Shown: piece after piece, positions 48,301 through 59,694 of the stretch | Layout of the letters: every line of letters starts with the position of its first letter | Position numbering within the stretch: position 1 is the stretch's first letter | NCBI GenBank assembly: GCA_008632985.1 | Contig: QPGO01000149.1 | Span: forward strand, 1-64,000 | DNA length: 64,000 bases | Direction: 5' to 3' | Source of the DNA: Psammoneis japonica | Lineage: Eukaryota | Notes under the pieces: model-generated | Database searches by the model: none | What the model was told of the DNA's origin: nothing | Seen by the model: the letters and a program-made list of their open reading frames with translations, nothing else | Made by a program: the position numbers and the translations under genes

Positions 48301-51300
48301 TGCTGACCCAGCAAAGAAAGCTATGGAAATGGCAAAAACCAAAGCAGGCACATTCAATCCTTCTCCAGGACTTGGAGATACGAAGCCGAGCACGGGACTT
48401 GCACCTGCCTCGTCATCTCCGTTTGGAAGTGGAGGTACGACGAACACTGCAACATCAAGTTCGTCTTCGCCGTTTGGAGGTGGCGCCTCGCCGAGTACCA
48501 CTTCAACAAGTTCGTCAACTGGTTTTGGCGGCAGTGGCCAGTCTTCTGGATTTGGCGGTGGTGGTTTCAGTCCGGGTACTTCAAATACATCTGCAGACCC
48601 TGCAAAGAAAGCTATGGATATGGCAAAGAGCAAAGCAGCCTCGTTTAATCCGTCGCCAGGTCTAGGAGATACGAAGCCGGGCGCAGGACTTTCATCTTCC
48701 TCATCTTCCCCTTTCGGCAGTGGTGCCGCGACGAGTGCTACTGCATCAAGTTCATCAGCTGGCTTTGGTGGTGGTGGGACAACGAGCACGCCCTCGTCGC
48801 CCCCGTTTGGCGGTGGTGGATCTTCGAGCAGTACTGCGCCATCTGGCCCGTCATCTGGCTTTGGCGGTGGCAGCTTCAGTCCTGGTGCTTCCTCATCTAC
48901 TAGTGCTGACCCAGCAAAGAAAGCTATGGAAATGGCAAAAACCAAAGCAGGCACATTCAATCCTTCTCCAGGACTTGGAGATACGAAGCCGAGCACGGGA
49001 CTTGCACCTGCCTCGTCATCTCCGTTTGGAAGTGGAGGTACGACGAACACTGCAACATCAAGTTCGTCTTCGCCGTTTGGAGGTGGCGCCTCGCCGAGTA
49101 CCACTTCAACAAGTTCGTCAACTGGTTTTGGCGGCAGTGGCCCGTCTTCTGGATTTGGCGGTGGTGGTTTCAGTCCGGGTACTTCAAATACATCTGCAGA
49201 CCCTGCAAAGAAAGCTATGGATATGGCAAAGAGCAAAGCAGCCTCGTTTAATCCATCGCCAGGTCTAGGAGATACGAAGCCGGGCGCAGGACTTTCATCT
49301 TCCTCATCTTCCCCTTTCGGCAGTGGTGCCGCGACGAGTGCTACTGCATCAAGTTCATCAGCTGGCTTTGTTGGTGGTGGGACAACGAGCACGTCCCCGT
49401 CGCCCCCGTTTGGCGGTGGTGGATCTTCGAGCAGTACTGCGCCATCTGGCCCGTCATCTGGCTTTGGGGGTGGTGGCTTCAGTCCCGGTGCTTCCTCGTC
49501 TACTTCATTAAGTTCGTCCTCTGGCGTTGGTGGTGGAACAGCGAGCACATCCTCGTCGTCTCCGTTTGGCGGAAGTGGCACGTCGAGCACTGCGCCATCT
49601 GGCCCGTCATCTAGCTTTGGCGGTGGTGGCTTTAGTCCCGGTGTTTCCTCGTCTACTGCATCATCAAGTTCGTCAACTGGCGTTGGTGGCGGAACAACGA
49701 GCACATCCGCGTCGTCTCCGTTTGGCGGAAGTGGCACGTCGAGCACTGCGCCATCTGGACCGTCATCTGGCTTTGGCGGTGGAGGTTTTAGTCCTGGTGC
49801 TTCCTCGTCTACTGCATCAAGTTCGTCCACTGGCGTTGGTGGTGGAACAGCGAGCACATCCTCGTCGTCCCCGTTTGGCGGAAGTGGCACGTCGAGCACT
49901 GCGCCAACTGGCCCGTCATCTGGCTTTGGCGGTGGAGGCTTCAGTCCCGGTGCTTCCTCGTCTACTGCATCAAGTTCGTCAACTGGCGGGGCGACGAGCA
50001 CATTCGGTGGTGGTGGTGGTACGACGAGCTCTTCAACATCAAGCCCGTCTTCGCCGTTTGGAGGCGGTGCCACACCGAGTACCACTTCATCAAGTTCGTC
50101 AACTGGTTTTGGCGGTAGTGGCCCGTCCTCTGGATTTGGCGGTGGTGGTTTCGGCACCGGTGCTTCGTCGACATCTGCAGACCCTGCAAAGAAAGCCATG
50201 GATGTGGCAAAGAGCAAAGCAGCCTCATTTAATCCATCCCCAGGTCTAGGAGACACGAAACCGGGCGCCGGACTTTCGTCCTCGTCTTCCCCGTTTGGCG
50301 GTGGTGGTACGTCGAGCACTGCTGGTGGCTTCGGTCCCGGTGCTTCCTCGACTACTGCATCAAGTTCCTCAACTGACGTTGGTGGCGGAACTGCGAGCAC
50401 GTCCGCGTCGTCTCCGTTTGGCGGTAGTGGCACGTCGAACACTGCTCCATCTGGCCCGTCATCTGGCTTCGGCGGTGGTGGCTTCAGTCCCGGTGGTCAC
50501 TCGTCTGCTGCATCAAGTTCGTCAACTGGCATTGGTAGTGGGACAACGAGCGCGTTTGGTGGTGGTGGCTCGACGAGCGCTGCAACATCAAGTACGTCTT
50601 CACCGTTTGGTGCACCGGGTGCCACTTCACCATCAAGTTCGTCAACTGGCTTTGGTGGCAGTGGCCCGTCCTCTGGCTTTGGTGGTGGTGGTTTCAGTCC
50701 CGGTGCTTCGTCGACATCTGGAGACCCTGCAAAGAAAGCTATGGATATGGCAAAGAGCAAGGCAACCTCGTTTAATCCATCCCCAGGTCTAGGAGACACG
50801 AAGCCGGGCGCCGGACTTTCCTCCTCCTCGTCTTCTCCGTTCGGCGGTGGTGGCCCTACTAGGACTACTGCACCATCAAGTCCGTCAACTGGCTTTGGGG
50901 TTGGGGGTGTTAATCCGGGTGCTTCTTCCGCAAGTACAAGTCAGGCAGGATCTTTTGGAGGCGTACCTCCTATCGGAGGAATGAACTCAAAGTCAGGTCC
51001 GGTGAATTCAGGACTCGACCGTCGTGATCCCGGTACTATGTCAAACCAATCTGTTTCACCATCTCGTGATTCGACGATGGGGGCAGCTGGTGGAGCGACG
51101 AAAAAGGGCAATAATTTGCTGGGGCGATTTAGCCGAAAAAAGAACAAGGACAAAGCGAAGTCAGGTCAAGCAGATTTCAGCACTTATGGGGCCGACGAAA
51201 CGCCGAAGTCATTTCAACCTGCGAACGGTTTCCAGGGATCACGGATGGTTGATAAGGTTCCAGATCAAATTGATTCGTTCGGTGATAGAAGAAGTCAATC

Positions 51301-51664
51301 GTCATACGCTGGTTCAGGATCTTTTAGAAGTGAGACCAACTCTTCAAGAAAGGTTCGTGAACGGGTTTCTGTAGCGTTTGCTTCATTGAAATCAAAATGG
51401 ATCAAAGATGATCAAGGGTTTTATGCCGATGCAGTTGCCGACTGGGATGACCACAGCAGAATGTCCTACGAGACGAACAATAATGAATGGGACAACAATA
51501 GCAGAAGCTCATACGAGGAGACGAATGTTGACTGGAACGAGCCTAGCAGAACCTCAGATCAGAAGAAAAACTTTGGAGATCGTATTGCCGGAGGGTGGGC
51601 GTCTTTGAAATCCAAGATACTCAAAAAAGACAACCCATTGGATTTTGATGAAATAAGACGATGA
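42306..51664 (+). CDS. Giant (~3,100 aa) low-complexity repeat protein with a plastid-type presequence; one frameshift at ~44050-44062
   Basis: ORF 42306 begins with a signal peptide plus SEAF|VP. The frame of ORF 44249 is open back to ~44050 and there encodes DSFGNKP..DDPAIDNAMAK, which resembles the later repeat, so the two ORFs are probably one gene. Confidence 0.75.
44521..45840 (+). repeat. Coding tandem repeat, 9 x 150 bp (50 aa)
   Basis: STMNKRPTSPMGGLQKPGS units start every 150 bp from 44521 to 45721. Confidence 0.95.
46010..50810 (+). repeat. Coding repeat: 13 copies of DPAKKAMDMAKSKAxxFNPSPGLGDTKP in G/S/P/F spacers
   Basis: Counted in the translation. Includes a 603-bp higher-order duplication (tgctgaccca at 48301 and 48904). 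Confidence 0.92.
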
Positions 51665-52200
51665 TCGCGATTTGGTGTGCGCCTGTCTTTAAATAAATGG
51701 CCGCTACTCTAGAGAGCGTTACTACTGTTACAAATAATTCCGCGATTTTCCACACTCCTGTTGTTCGTACAAAGTATCTACTACGATACGTGCCAAATGT
51801 ACTCTACTAGTGAGAAGGCAACAGACCTCCCAAGCTGGGAGTGGTGAGAAGGCAACGTCCTCGCGCGTGGGACGGGAGGCGGAACGAGTTTTGCTATAAT
51901 ATGAATTGATACGCAACACATTGGTGGTGTTCAAGTCTACATAGAGAAGTATGCCCAGTTGATTCGCCAACGGTGCAGACTGCATTTCCGAGATTTTCAA
52001 TGGTTCGGCCGATTCCAGATTGCTTCCCTTGAGAGAGTTGAGATCCAGGATCCAGATTGACATCCATCTGCAGTTGAGATCTGCCAAGATAGTTTTAGTC
52101 AGGAACGACATCGAGTTAGTTCACTTACTCGAATAGAAGAAGGCAAGCCGTTGGTGCCTCCTTGTGTGATATCTTTGAACATCAACATCGGATTCTAGCC

Positions 52201-52365
52201 ATGAGAGGAAAGGGAAGCGGCAGCAAAAGTTCTGGTGGAGGAAAGAACAGCGGCGGTGGCGGTGGCAGCGGTGGCGCGACTCATCAGCAGCAGGAGCCAC
52301 AGGTCGTTAGTGGATATCAATACCATATGTACTCCCAAGGTTCCGGAGGTGATCGCTACGTTTAA
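52201..52365 (+). CDS. Possible small Gly/Ser-rich peptide (54 aa)
   Basis: ATG in gccATG context; MRGKGSGSKSSGGGKNSGGGGGSGG. Composition is the only support. Confidence 0.3.
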   Translation: MRGKGSGSKSSGGGKNSGGGGGSGGATHQQQEPQVVSGYQYHMYSQGSGGDRYV

Positions 52366-52562
52366 ATCGGAAAGGATGAAGACACCGGTGAGCCTGAGTT
52401 TATCGACTATGGACCCAAAGGAGGTCGTTAGGTTTGGAGCAGTTTGAGGACGATGCATGGGGAAACTACGACATGAGATTTTCAGCGGTACAGTGGTTGG
52501 TTTATTAGTTACGCCAAGCACGTTCTCCGATGGTAGCTTCAAAGTATAAGAAGTTAGGTTGC

Positions 52563-53678
52563 TCAAGAGCCCATGATAAATCCGTTCTCCGTAAATTCCA
52601 TTCTCTTTACTTGCTTCAGCAGCGCTGCTTTCCAGTCTGGCTCCTTCCCGCCGTGATACACCATTGCAAGCCCCAAACGAAGTCTGCAGTCTGGAAAGAT
52701 GTCTTTTGCCTTGGTTGCAAAGTCCCTCCGCGACAATCCCTGGTTCTCCTGGTAAAACTCGGTTACCTCGCGAACCACCTTGTTGGCAAATGAAGCCACC
52801 TGGTGCTGTAACTCACGCATTTGCTTCAATAATCCTGGCTGGTCTGCCAGGAGCTCAATCGCATCGTCTGCCTTGTCCTTGATCACAAGCTCAGCAAACG
52901 CTTTCGGAGAGACGACAAATGTTTTGACGCGGTGACGATGCAAGTACCAAGTGCACTTTTCCTTCCACCAGTTGCCGTATTCATCAACGACAACATAACC
53001 TTCCATGTCAGTTTCATTGTGTAAGGTGTTTAACTTGCAAAGCGGCTTGTGCTTAACAATGCATGATGCTGGAACCCGCTCTCTGAGCTGGTCATGCGAC
53101 AAGTATTTACCAGTGATGCGTGACCGAGCATTGAGAACAATCAAGCGAGGGTGATCATAATGCACAACGATTCGAAAAGTTGGGTCGGGAGACACCAACT
53201 CCATGTTTACGGTGAGATGCTCGTGCTCCAACCGTTCAATAGACCTCTTCAACTCCAAGTCTCGTTCGAGCAGTTCCTCTGCATAGAGAGCATGGTCGGA
53301 TTTTAATGATGTCTTGGATTTCAAGTGGAGTTCGCCACCGCCAGTCATGTAGGACGAGATTAACGAACCGTCAACCTTGTCCATAACAAACAATGGATGG
53401 CCGTAGTTGATAAAATCGACCTCACCCTTGTTGAAAAACTTTTTCATAGGACGAGACACGAGTGCATCAACGAGTTCAGGGTTGTCTTCTTTCATACGAA
53501 ACATGATGCCACGTGCCTCAAGCGCAGATGGCCTCAACCAAGTCTCTGGGTCAGCAAAGTGATATGAAAAGATGCGATATCGCTCACCATGTCGCTCTTG
53601 GTCCTTATGAAAGAATGGAGCGTCGCGGTCACTTGAGAGCGCCTTGAGCTCTTCATACAATTCTACTGCGTTTGTCAT
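52563..53678 (-). CDS. T4 Rnl1 (RnlA)-like ATP-dependent RNA ligase
   Basis: 371 aa, intronless, ATG 53678. ELYEEL, YRIFSY, ALEARGIMF, SRPMKKFFN, motif I KVDGSLIS, NMELVSP..RIVVHY, LNARSRITGKY, motif IV EGYVV and motif V KEKCTWY, in the same order and at similar length to T4 Rnl1. Confidence 0.9.
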   Translation of the reverse strand: MTNAVELYEELKALSSDRDAPFFHKDQERHGERYRIFSYHFADPETWLRPSALEARGIMFRMKEDNPELVDALVSRPMKKFFNKGEVDFINYGHPLFVMDKVDGSLISSYMTGGGELHLKSKTSLKSDHALYAEELLERDLELKRSIERLEHEHLTVNMELVSPDPTFRIVVHYDHPRLIVLNARSRITGKYLSHDQLRERVPASCIVKHKPLCKLNTLHNETDMEGYVVVDEYGNWWKEKCTWYLHRHRVKTFVVSPKAFAELVIKDKADDAIELLADQPGLLKQMRELQHQVASFANKVVREVTEFYQENQGLSRRDFATKAKDIFPDCRLRLGLAMVYHGGKEPDWKAALLKQVKRMEFTENGFIMGS

Positions 53679-53874
53679 TCTAAAAATACAGAGTCTTTGG
53701 AGATGCGGGAAAGTTAGGATTACGCCATCAACAGACCTGGCATTTGCCACTCAACTCGATTTATCCTTGTGTTGGAGGAGAGATGACTGCTTTTTGCAAT
53801 TATTCGGCTCACGCTCGTCACCACTATGAGTCCCGCATCCCGCACATTTGAGACGTGTTTCGATCTTGGGTGAC

Positions 53875-54076
53875 TGTGATTTGATTGTAGCTATTCTGCT
53901 GTTGTAACAATCAAAGGGCTAAGAAAATTGTGTGTTAAAATAGAATGTGAACTTTTAAAGTGCGTAGTTGGTCTCTTGTCGGAAGTAAGTGCGTCAGTAA
54001 AGAATCTAGCTCTTGAATCAAGTTCAAGGACTAGGACAGTTCGCCTGTCTGTCCGTTTGACCCTAGATTCATCACA
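53875..54076 (-). repeat. 3' LTR
   Basis: TGTGAT...ATCACA; 193/202 identical to 59695..59896. Confidence 0.95.
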
Positions 54077-54085
54077 CTCCCTCTC
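54077..54085 (-). other. Polypurine tract
   Basis: GAGAGGGAG on the minus strand abuts the 3' LTR. Confidence 0.85.
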
Positions 54086-54109
54086 AAGAGCCAATGCAGC
54101 GTTGTTTCC

Positions 54110-57100
54110 TTACCAACCAAGTATGAACTTTCGATGCCGAACGAGCAACTCTAGTGACAAAGGCTTGGTCAAGCAATCTGCAGGCTGAGCCTCGGTGTCA
54201 ATTTTCACTATCTCAATCTGTCCGCTCTGGACATGTGACCGGAAGTGGTGCAACTTGACATTGAGATGCTTTGTACGAGGTCGGTACTTGTGGACTCGCG
54301 CCATCTCTAGCGCACCGCTGTTGTCCTCGAACACTCTGCAATGGATCTTGGGTTCCGCTCGATCGATCGGAAAACCCTCTGCTTTCAATTCTTTCAGCAT
54401 CTCCATCAAAGGGATCGCCTCTCGCAGGGCACAGCTCAGTCCCGTGTGTTCGCTCTCAGTTGAAGAGAGACACATTTCTCCCTGTAATTGGGATTTCCAC
54501 GTGACCGGACATCCACCGTACATAATGACATATCCATGTCTGGACCTTGCAGTGTCTGGATTCGAAGTGTCACTCTTGTCGAAGTTCCCCGCAAAATCCG
54601 CATCCACATAAACCTCGAGTTCCTTGGACTTGGTTGGCCGCATCATAATTCCTTTGTCCCTCGTTCCCATGAGATGCCTGCCCAACCACCTGATTGCCTT
54701 ACCGTGCTCGACTTTTGGAGCTGCTGTGAACCTCGCGCACTGGTGAATCATGCATGAACAGTCACTTCGGGTGCCACGCTCCAAGCAATTCAATTTTCCA
54801 ACCATGCTCCGGTGGTCGAAGCTGTTGTCAAAGTCTTCTGAGTCTTGGTGTCGACCCAAAATCATGGATGATGCAGCTGGAGTGTCTTTCGTCTTGGTGT
54901 TCTTCTGGAAGTTCAGTTGCTCCAGAATTTGATCGACAAGGTGAGGTTGCATCAGATGTGTCATCCCGTCCGCTTTCCTGTCGATGTTCATCCCAAGAAA
55001 ATCTTGAATGTCGCCTTCCTCCGTTGTGTTTAGGTCTGCGCTTTGTGTGTCTTTCACGACTTGATCAAGCTCCTTTTCATCTGGACCAGCAAGCAAAGAA
55101 TCATCCGTGTGGAGGACGCATGTGCACTTTCCTCAGAAGAAGACGCACTCATCACATTTCGACTGCTTGAAGCCGAGCTTGTTGACAAGTTTGTCCACGA
55201 GACAGTCGTTCCACACTCGGCCAGCTTGTTTCTGACCATGTGCATTTCGATGGAGTTCGAGCACATGGTCCTCCGAGTTGCCATCTTCTACCTCGAATCC
55301 CTTGGGAATTTTCATGTGGATCTCTCGCTTGACTGGGGCCTGCGGAAACGCTGGCACGCAATCGAGTTGCTTGGTGTGCCAATTGTTCATGGCCGAGAGA
55401 ATTGGCAGCATTCGGATCGAGCTCCACGAGGCTGCAGGTGCGTGTGTCCTGTCCGGATTGTAGTGAATTGACTTTTTCATCCTTGACCCTTCGATGTTGA
55501 GCCTCGCCTTGTACTTTTTGACTTTTCTCATCTTGACATCGCGTTTCCGCTTCATTTGCCACACTGCAGGTGATGCTGTGGCATCCTTGGGGATCTCGGA
55601 AATGTGTCTCACCGAGAAGTTTCGGTTCCCGATCTGATCTTGGAATTCTTTTTCCATCGCCTTGACGAACTCCTTCGCATCTTTTTCCTTCATCGCTTCA
55701 TGGTGGTGCATGGCATCTGGGTCCGCCGTCGACTTGCAGGCATGCAAGGGATCTTCTTCGGATGATTCTTGTTGAGGACAGAGAGATTCGAATCCGAAGA
55801 TCTCTCCCTCTGTCTCTCCAATGCATTCTTCAGCTCTCGCCAGCGACTCGGCGGCATGTCTTGGGTTCGGTCTACTGACACGTCCCGATCTGGTCGTCAC
55901 CAGAGGTGCGTTGCGTTGCGCTGCGTCTTGTTGTTGTGCTGGAGCTTCCACGTTAGCAGCGCGCTGTGGGTCTGCCTCCTGAGCACTGGTTGGGAGGTTG
56001 CTGTCCTCCCTCTGAGTTGGCGATTCGTTCTCGCCTTGTGCTCCATTCAAGCTCGACCCATCAGGCTCTTGGTCTGTTGGTCGGCTGTCGTTGGCACTCA
56101 ACCACATGGGTTGTTCCCTAGAGGATTTTCGTTTTCTCCTCTTCTTGTGGCTCTTCTTGTTCGTGAGCCTCACGCTGTTTTCGCGTTTTCTGTTGTTGGG
56201 GGTCTCGGATGCTCCGTCAGCCTGGCCATCGGCTGGTGGATCTTCAAAGCCTGCTTTGGCCTTCCATCCGATCTTCCAGCGCTCTTGTTGAGCTGTGTGA
56301 AAACTCGGGTCGAATCTCACATGGAATTGTGGGCTTGCTCGTCCTGTTTCGATGTCGAGGACAAGCGCTGCGTTTCAGCAGTGCACTGGCGATTGGCCAA
56401 GGTAAATTCCCACGTTGGACCTTTGCTTCCACTTGTTGAAAATGTTTCCCGTCTGAAGTGCTTCTTCTAGCACCGCCACAGGACACCCAAAAGGGTGACA
56501 GTGTTTTGAGTTTACATCCACTGCGGATGAAGTGAACAGCTGGCATGCGCTTCGGCTCGCTGGATCTTTCAGCAGCGGCGTCTCGTTCAGCGCTTGATTT
56601 GCCATTCGCAATGCGTGCGGCCAGAGGTGAGGCGAGATGGCTTGTGGCCACCTCTTGTTCGCGTGAATCAATTGCGTTCTCGCCAGGTCTTGCAGATCTC
56701 GTATTTTCTTCTCTGCAGTTCCATTTTGATGATGCACATTCACTCCGGCAAAGGCAAGTCCCTGCCTTTGTTCTCGAACTGCGTTCACCCATGCCTTCAC
56801 CTTGAAAATGCCGTTGTCGGCATGACAGTGTCGGATTTTGATTCCACTTTCTTCTGCATGCTGCTCAAATGCTCTCTTCCCTCTCAACGTCTCTTCAGCA
56901 GAGCTCGTTTGCTGGAGGCACACGCACCCGTAGCCTGCAGCTTGGTCAACGTACACAGTCGCACAATTGCAGTGGTTTTTGGCAAGTGTCCCCGTGTTCT
57001 GTGCTGCCAGTCCAGGTGTGCTCGAGACCAGCATGTCGACTGACACGACTTGTCCCGGTCTCATAGGTGCAATTTTGTTCCTGCTCTTTTCGGTCCTTGG

Positions 57101-58387
57101 TCTCCATGGGCGCTTTGTTTGCTTCCCACAAAGGCATGCCGAGCAGACTGGGGCTGGGCACTTGGCCAGCGTGGGATCGATGAGCCTCATTTTCGCCATC
57201 TGTTGCAGGCACTTGAATGACATGTGACTGAATTTGTGATGCAGCTTCAGCAGTTTGGTGGTTTTTGTTTCTTCACCTCCATCTTGTCTGTCTTCCTCGT
57301 CTGGAACAACTGCCGCCGGACTGTCTTCATCCTTCTCCCCTTGCAGATCAAATTCGGTCTGCCGTGGGGCGGCCCAGTCGATGGGTTGGGCCGCGGTGTC
57401 CAATGAGTGTAGACCCACTTTTTGAAGGTGGGATTCTGAGAGCGTTTCGTCGTCAGCCTCGTCATCGCTAACAAGGTGAGCTTCAGAATCGTGTGCGATC
57501 ACAGGATCGTCCTCGTCGTTCGCTGAAATTTTTGCCTCTTGACAGAAAGCATCGTGTTTGGAGCAGCCGGGAGCCAGGGCGAACGTGGCGACGTTTGATT
57601 TCGTTTTGTCGATCGGCATGGTTAGCTTGTGCGAATGTTGGTTCCAACACAAAACCGTTGCACAATGGTTGGTGGTCTCCCCTGTCCCGCCAACTGCGTC
57701 TTTTTGAGATTGCGCCCAGTGTTGTGGACTGAGCAGTCGCGCATCCTCGTCCGTGGGCACGCAGAACGAGTTGGGGATGCGAAACTTGTGTCGTTTTCCA
57801 GTGTCGTCTAACCAGTTCCATACGATTGTGCCAATCATAACTCCTTTCGTTCGTGTTCCTCCGAAACCCTTGATGCAGCGATTCGATTGTCGCAATGGGC
57901 CTTCGAAATCTTCGATGAACGAAGAAATGCATCCGGAACAGCGATTGTCAACGCCGACCGGGCCTCCATCAGTGTTGAAAACGACGTCATTCGTGCGTGC
58001 TGGGCAGGTCTGAGCTTTGAATGCCAAAGCCGTGCATGCGGTCCATACATTGCGAATGCCTCGTGCCAAGTTCCATCGAGTGTACTTACGGCGTCGACAC
58101 TTCACAATTGCTCCCTCTAGGGAGCAAATCCGTGCTCGCATGGCTTGTGCCTCTTTCCCGTTCGGGCCACTCTCCCCCGTCCACACAGGATTAACGAGTT
58201 TTCGGCGCTGTCGGGATCGATCTCGGCGTTCATGACGACTCTTGTTCCTAGATTTTCGTCGGTTCATCGGATTGGGCCGGATTGGTGAAAGGCAGGCTAG
58301 AATGTACAGCAATGGCGACCAGATCGTCTCATGGGACTCATGGGCTGCTCCTGTCAATCGCCTCCTCCACGTGGGTGACGTTGACAG
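54110..58387 (-). pseudogene. pol: Copia pol (protease, integrase, RT, RNase H) with in-frame TGA stops at 56375-77 and 55133-35
   Basis: VGVDNRCS (PR); HHKFSH..CSAC, VSVDML, HADNG, HHQNGTAE (IN); KARLN, GQKQAGRVW, HTDD (RT); YVDADFAG, FEDNSGA, QPADCLTKPL (RH). All three ORFs are in one frame. Confidence 0.92.
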
Positions 58388-59665
58388 TCATTCCGTATCC
58401 GAAGATGAATCGTCTCCGCCGTTCTTGATCGCTTCCATAGCTTGTGAAATGCGGACGGTGTTCTTCGTCGTACCGTGCTGCTCGTTGTCTTCTTCATCCC
58501 TCTTGGGAATGAATCCGAGTCCTTTGCAATCCTTGGGATGGTGAATTCGCCACTTTCCACCACATTTTCCTCCAGTGATCTTGTCACACCAATGGCACGG
58601 CTTGCCTTTCCACACGATGGGGATCTTTTCTTTACCCTTCGCCGGTGGTTTGGCAGGACCCTTCTCCCTGCGATGCCTTTTCGAGGGCTCGCGTCGTTTC
58701 TTCTTGTGAGCCTTTTTCTTTTTCTCAAGGCTCGCAATCTTGGCTGACAGAGCAACAATCTGCTCCTCTTGAGGATCGGGAGCATTCCATTCTCCATTTT
58801 CCTTCATCATCTTGAAGCGCTCGTTTGCCACATTCATGATGTCTTCAGGAGTCATGTCTTGTCCCTCATCACACTGCTCCTTCTTCCTGCCAATGCAGTC
58901 AACGAACTTCTTGTCCGATGCATTGGCATGTCCCTTGAAGAGGTTTGCCAACAAGTCTTCTCTAGTCTCCCCTCGCGCGGCAAGCGCCTTCGTCATCATG
59001 AGTGCATGCTGATTGAATTTTGTGATGTCCGAGTTGATCGCATGAATGTGCTTGTCCAGCGATGACAACTTGGATCTGATGCTGGACGTTTTCGCATTCG
59101 AATCGAGATGGCTCTCGCGAATGATGACCTTGAGGAGCAGACATGCAGATGGACGTTTCTGTTGGATGGGATCTCCTTCCCTTGGCTGGAGCATGCACTC
59201 CTTCTTGTGCATCAAGATCTTGTTTAGTGCCTGGGTGTCGAGACTCGCCATCAGACACGAATGGAACATGTGATTGTCCTGTGTCGCACGTCCTTCTTCG
59301 AAGAGGTAAGCTCTCTCGTGTTGCTCAATTTGTTCCACAGTGAGCTGTCCGCAGTTGTCTGCCAGATAAACACGATCACTGTCTTGCTCTTCGGGGTTCA
59401 AGTCGACCAGCAGAATGGACAATTCATGCTCGTCGTTGTTCCATCTGTAATTGCCCGCACATTCATCAATTGCCTCCAGAAACGAGAACAAACTCTCTGG
59501 CGTGCAATCGAACAATTCTTCACTGAGTTTGTGCGTCGCTCTTTCGTAGAGCTTCCTTCCGGATGTTCTCCGACAGTCGATTACGCCGGTCATGGCACCC
59601 ACTGGCGTGAATGCAAATGGGACATCCTCTCCAGCAGCTGATGCGCTGCCATCAGAATCCGCCAT
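58388..59665 (-). CDS. gag: Copia gag
   Basis: 425-aa ORF starting just after the PBS. LLKVII, DITKFN, LFKG, GEWNAP and a C-terminal HWC..C..W..H....C knuckle. Confidence 0.85.
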   Translation of the reverse strand: MADSDGSASAAGEDVPFAFTPVGAMTGVIDCRRTSGRKLYERATHKLSEELFDCTPESLFSFLEAIDECAGNYRWNNDEHELSILLVDLNPEEQDSDRVYLADNCGQLTVEQIEQHERAYLFEEGRATQDNHMFHSCLMASLDTQALNKILMHKKECMLQPREGDPIQQKRPSACLLLKVIIRESHLDSNAKTSSIRSKLSSLDKHIHAINSDITKFNQHALMMTKALAARGETREDLLANLFKGHANASDKKFVDCIGRKKEQCDEGQDMTPEDIMNVANERFKMMKENGEWNAPDPQEEQIVALSAKIASLEKKKKAHKKKRREPSKRHRREKGPAKPPAKGKEKIPIVWKGKPCHWCDKITGGKCGGKWRIHHPKDCKGLGFIPKRDEEDNEQHGTTKNTVRISQAMEAIKNGGDDSSSDTE

Positions 59666-59671
59666 GGCACA

Positions 59672-59694
59672 ATCAGCTTAGCGCAGAGGAAGCG
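59672..59694 (-). other. Putative primer-binding site complementary to the 5' end of initiator tRNA-Met
   Basis: The + strand reads ATCAGCTTAGCGCAGAGGAAGCG, which looks like tRNA-iMet nt 1-23 (acceptor 5' strand plus D arm), and abuts the 5' LTR. Confidence 0.6.

Noticed and set aside
45763..50442. 1559-aa minus-strand Pro/Asp-rich ORF
   Set aside because: It is the antisense frame of the G/S repeat gene. The sense frame has the presequence and unique termini.
45840..50900. FG-nucleoporin assignment for the SPFGGG repeats
   Set aside because: No nucleoporin domain was recognised and the linked N-terminus has a signal peptide with a plastid motif. Revisit if the two ORFs prove separate.
51728..52111. 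127-aa ORF downstream of the RNA ligase as a possible Pnkp partner
   Set aside because: It has no P-loop kinase or DxDxT phosphatase motif, and its coding status is unsupported.
53875..54076. Classical RIP (CA->TA) in the 3' LTR as the cause of the LTR differences
   Set aside because: The LTR pair alone is ambiguous, but Pol shows conserved Tyr->His/Cys, no TAA/TAG stops and overall TA depletion, which is the opposite of RIP.
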